Of a stretch of 58,484 nucleotides of DNA, positions 57,428 through 58,484 are shown one piece after another. A model generated the notes under the pieces. The model ran no database searches and was not told where the DNA came from. It saw nothing but the letters and a program-made list of their open reading frames with translations. The DNA is from a virus (lineage: Duplodnaviria > Caudoviricetes): the IMG/VR virus record IMGVR_UViG_3300020185_003230, positions 1-58,484 of that record. The stretch is one strand, 5' to 3'. The first letter of the stretch is position 1. Each line of letters starts with the position of its first letter. The translations under genes and the position numbers were made by a program.

Positions 57428-58484
57428 CTTAAAACACCTCTTTCTATAATTAGTCTCATAACCTCATTGGCAATGATTAAACTCTCATTATTAGTTTTTC
57501 TCTTGGGTCTATCGGACCCAGATCCCAAAGGGGTAGAACTTCCAGCTACTGCACCACCACCCATACTTGCCATCTCATCAATTTTGTCTATTCCAAGTAT
57601 ACTCAAAACCATATCGACATTCTCTTCTCCAATAAAATCAGATATTTCTTCACGATTCTCTGGGTTGATAAGTGCATTACGAAACTCAGTCGCGCTGTAT
57701 GGTTCACCGCTTGGTCGTAATGTTGGCTCTACGGCTGTTTCTTGTGGATCAATTAATTGCACTCCGTCTTTAATATACTTTGCTGCCCTCGCCCACCTTG
57801 CTACATCTCTTCCTTTTCTGCTAGCACCTAATATAACTTTAGTGCCAGGATCTAGGGGACCATCTGATCCGATATATTCGTATGCTGCTGTTATAGGAGA
57901 AGCATGGTCTGAGATGCCTACCTCTACATTCGGAATAGACTTGGTTAGCTCTTTCCAGATAGCAAAAGAATCTTCAGCGGTGATCTCTCTTCCGTTTGGA
58001 AGTGTGCGCCCGCTCTTTGTTGGTTTCGATATAATCACGATTACTTTATCAGCCATAGAAGCGTATGCCTCCACCATATCTAAATGTCCCTTGTGTGGTG
58101 GCTTGAATGCCCCAGGAACGATTGCAATTGTTTGCTCGACAGTTGGGTCGATATCAAAATATTCTTCCTCTTCTTCCTCTTCTTCGCTTATTTGACTTGG
58201 AAATTTAGCACCCTTGTCGACAGCAAAGTTTGCGCGGCTAAATTCCAAACGGTCTACGAACTTGATTCCATTACCTGCGTGATCGACTGCGACATATCCC
58301 TCTGGATTACTAACTACTAAATCACCGCTACCATCATCGATAAAATGCTTTGTATTATATACAGCATTATTATATTTATTAATAAAGATGTTCTTGGCTT
58401 TATACAACAGTCGACTTATTTTGAATATATTAAGTATGTCTTCTTTCTTGTTGTTGAAAGATTGCATTGTTTGCTGAGTGTTGT
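57424..58484 (-). CDS. Fusion of a DUF6267-like (ligase-like) domain and an HxGH nucleotidyltransferase; 5' end beyond the window
   Basis: PEGYVAVD...IKFVDRLEFSRANF, then an acidic linker, then PGAFKPPHKGH...SATEFR. The frame stays open to the window edge. Confidence 0.75.
   Translation of the reverse strand, partial: NTQQTMQSFNNKKEDILNIFKISRLLYKAKNIFINKYNNAVYNTKHFIDDGSGDLVVSNPEGYVAVDHAGNGIKFVDRLEFSRANFAVDKGAKFPSQISEEEEEEEEYFDIDPTVEQTIAIVPGAFKPPHKGHLDMVEAYASMADKVIVIISKPTKSGRTLPNGREITAEDSFAIWKELTKSIPNVEVGISDHASPITAAYEYIGSDGPLDPGTKVILGASRKGRDVARWARAAKYIKDGVQLIDPQETAVEPTLRPSGEPYSATEFRNALINPENREEISDFIGEENVDMVLSILGIDKIDEMASMGGGAVAGSSTPLGSGSDRPKRKTNNESLIIANEVMRLIIERGVLR

Noticed and set aside
785-58320. 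Numerous plus-strand ORFs, including 57419-58195 (258 aa) and 24263-24766
   Set aside because: All are antisense shadows of well-supported minus-strand genes and show no recognisable motifs.
1-58484. Stop-codon reassignment (alternative genetic code)
   Set aside because: Code 11 gives dense, long, abutting ORFs; TAG, TGA and TAA all end genes at sensible positions; no suppressor tRNA seen.

Overview
This is a 58.5-kb fragment of a large tailed dsDNA phage, probably a jumbo myovirus with distant T4-like modules. Every supported gene is on the minus strand and uses genetic code 11. From the right end, in the direction of transcription, it contains: (1) probable head-packaged proteins, including a ligase-like/HxGH nucleotidyltransferase fusion; (2) a Fis-like HTH gene behind a perfect sigma70 promoter and direct repeats; (3) an accessory region with a vWA lipoprotein, cytidylyltransferase, HNH, a candidate structured ncRNA, class II aldolase, tRNA-Thr, tRNA-Ser, PIN-PhoH and a HEXXH protein; (4) a Cas4-like nuclease followed by a glycosylation locus (three GT4-type glycosyltransferases, Gmd and an AT-rich Maf-like/CMP-sugar synthetase/HpcH aldolase/HAD cassette); (5) a phage sigma factor; (6) about 35 kb of baseplate/tail genes (gp5-like, gp25, gp6, a 3212-aa LamG protein and paralogous collar-like proteins); (7) RuvC, a small fatty-acid hydroxylase-like gene, an FKBP PPIase, primase and the start of SbcD/Mre11. 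The top hypothesis is a phage-encoded virion O-glycosylation system acting on a [ST]-[GAS]-S motif that is strongly enriched in tail proteins. Other leads are an ~80-nt tandem-pseudoknot RNA, an ACTATTTA late-promoter motif paired with the phage sigma factor, and a split tail-collar domain. All family assignments come from motif recognition by eye; no database searches were run.
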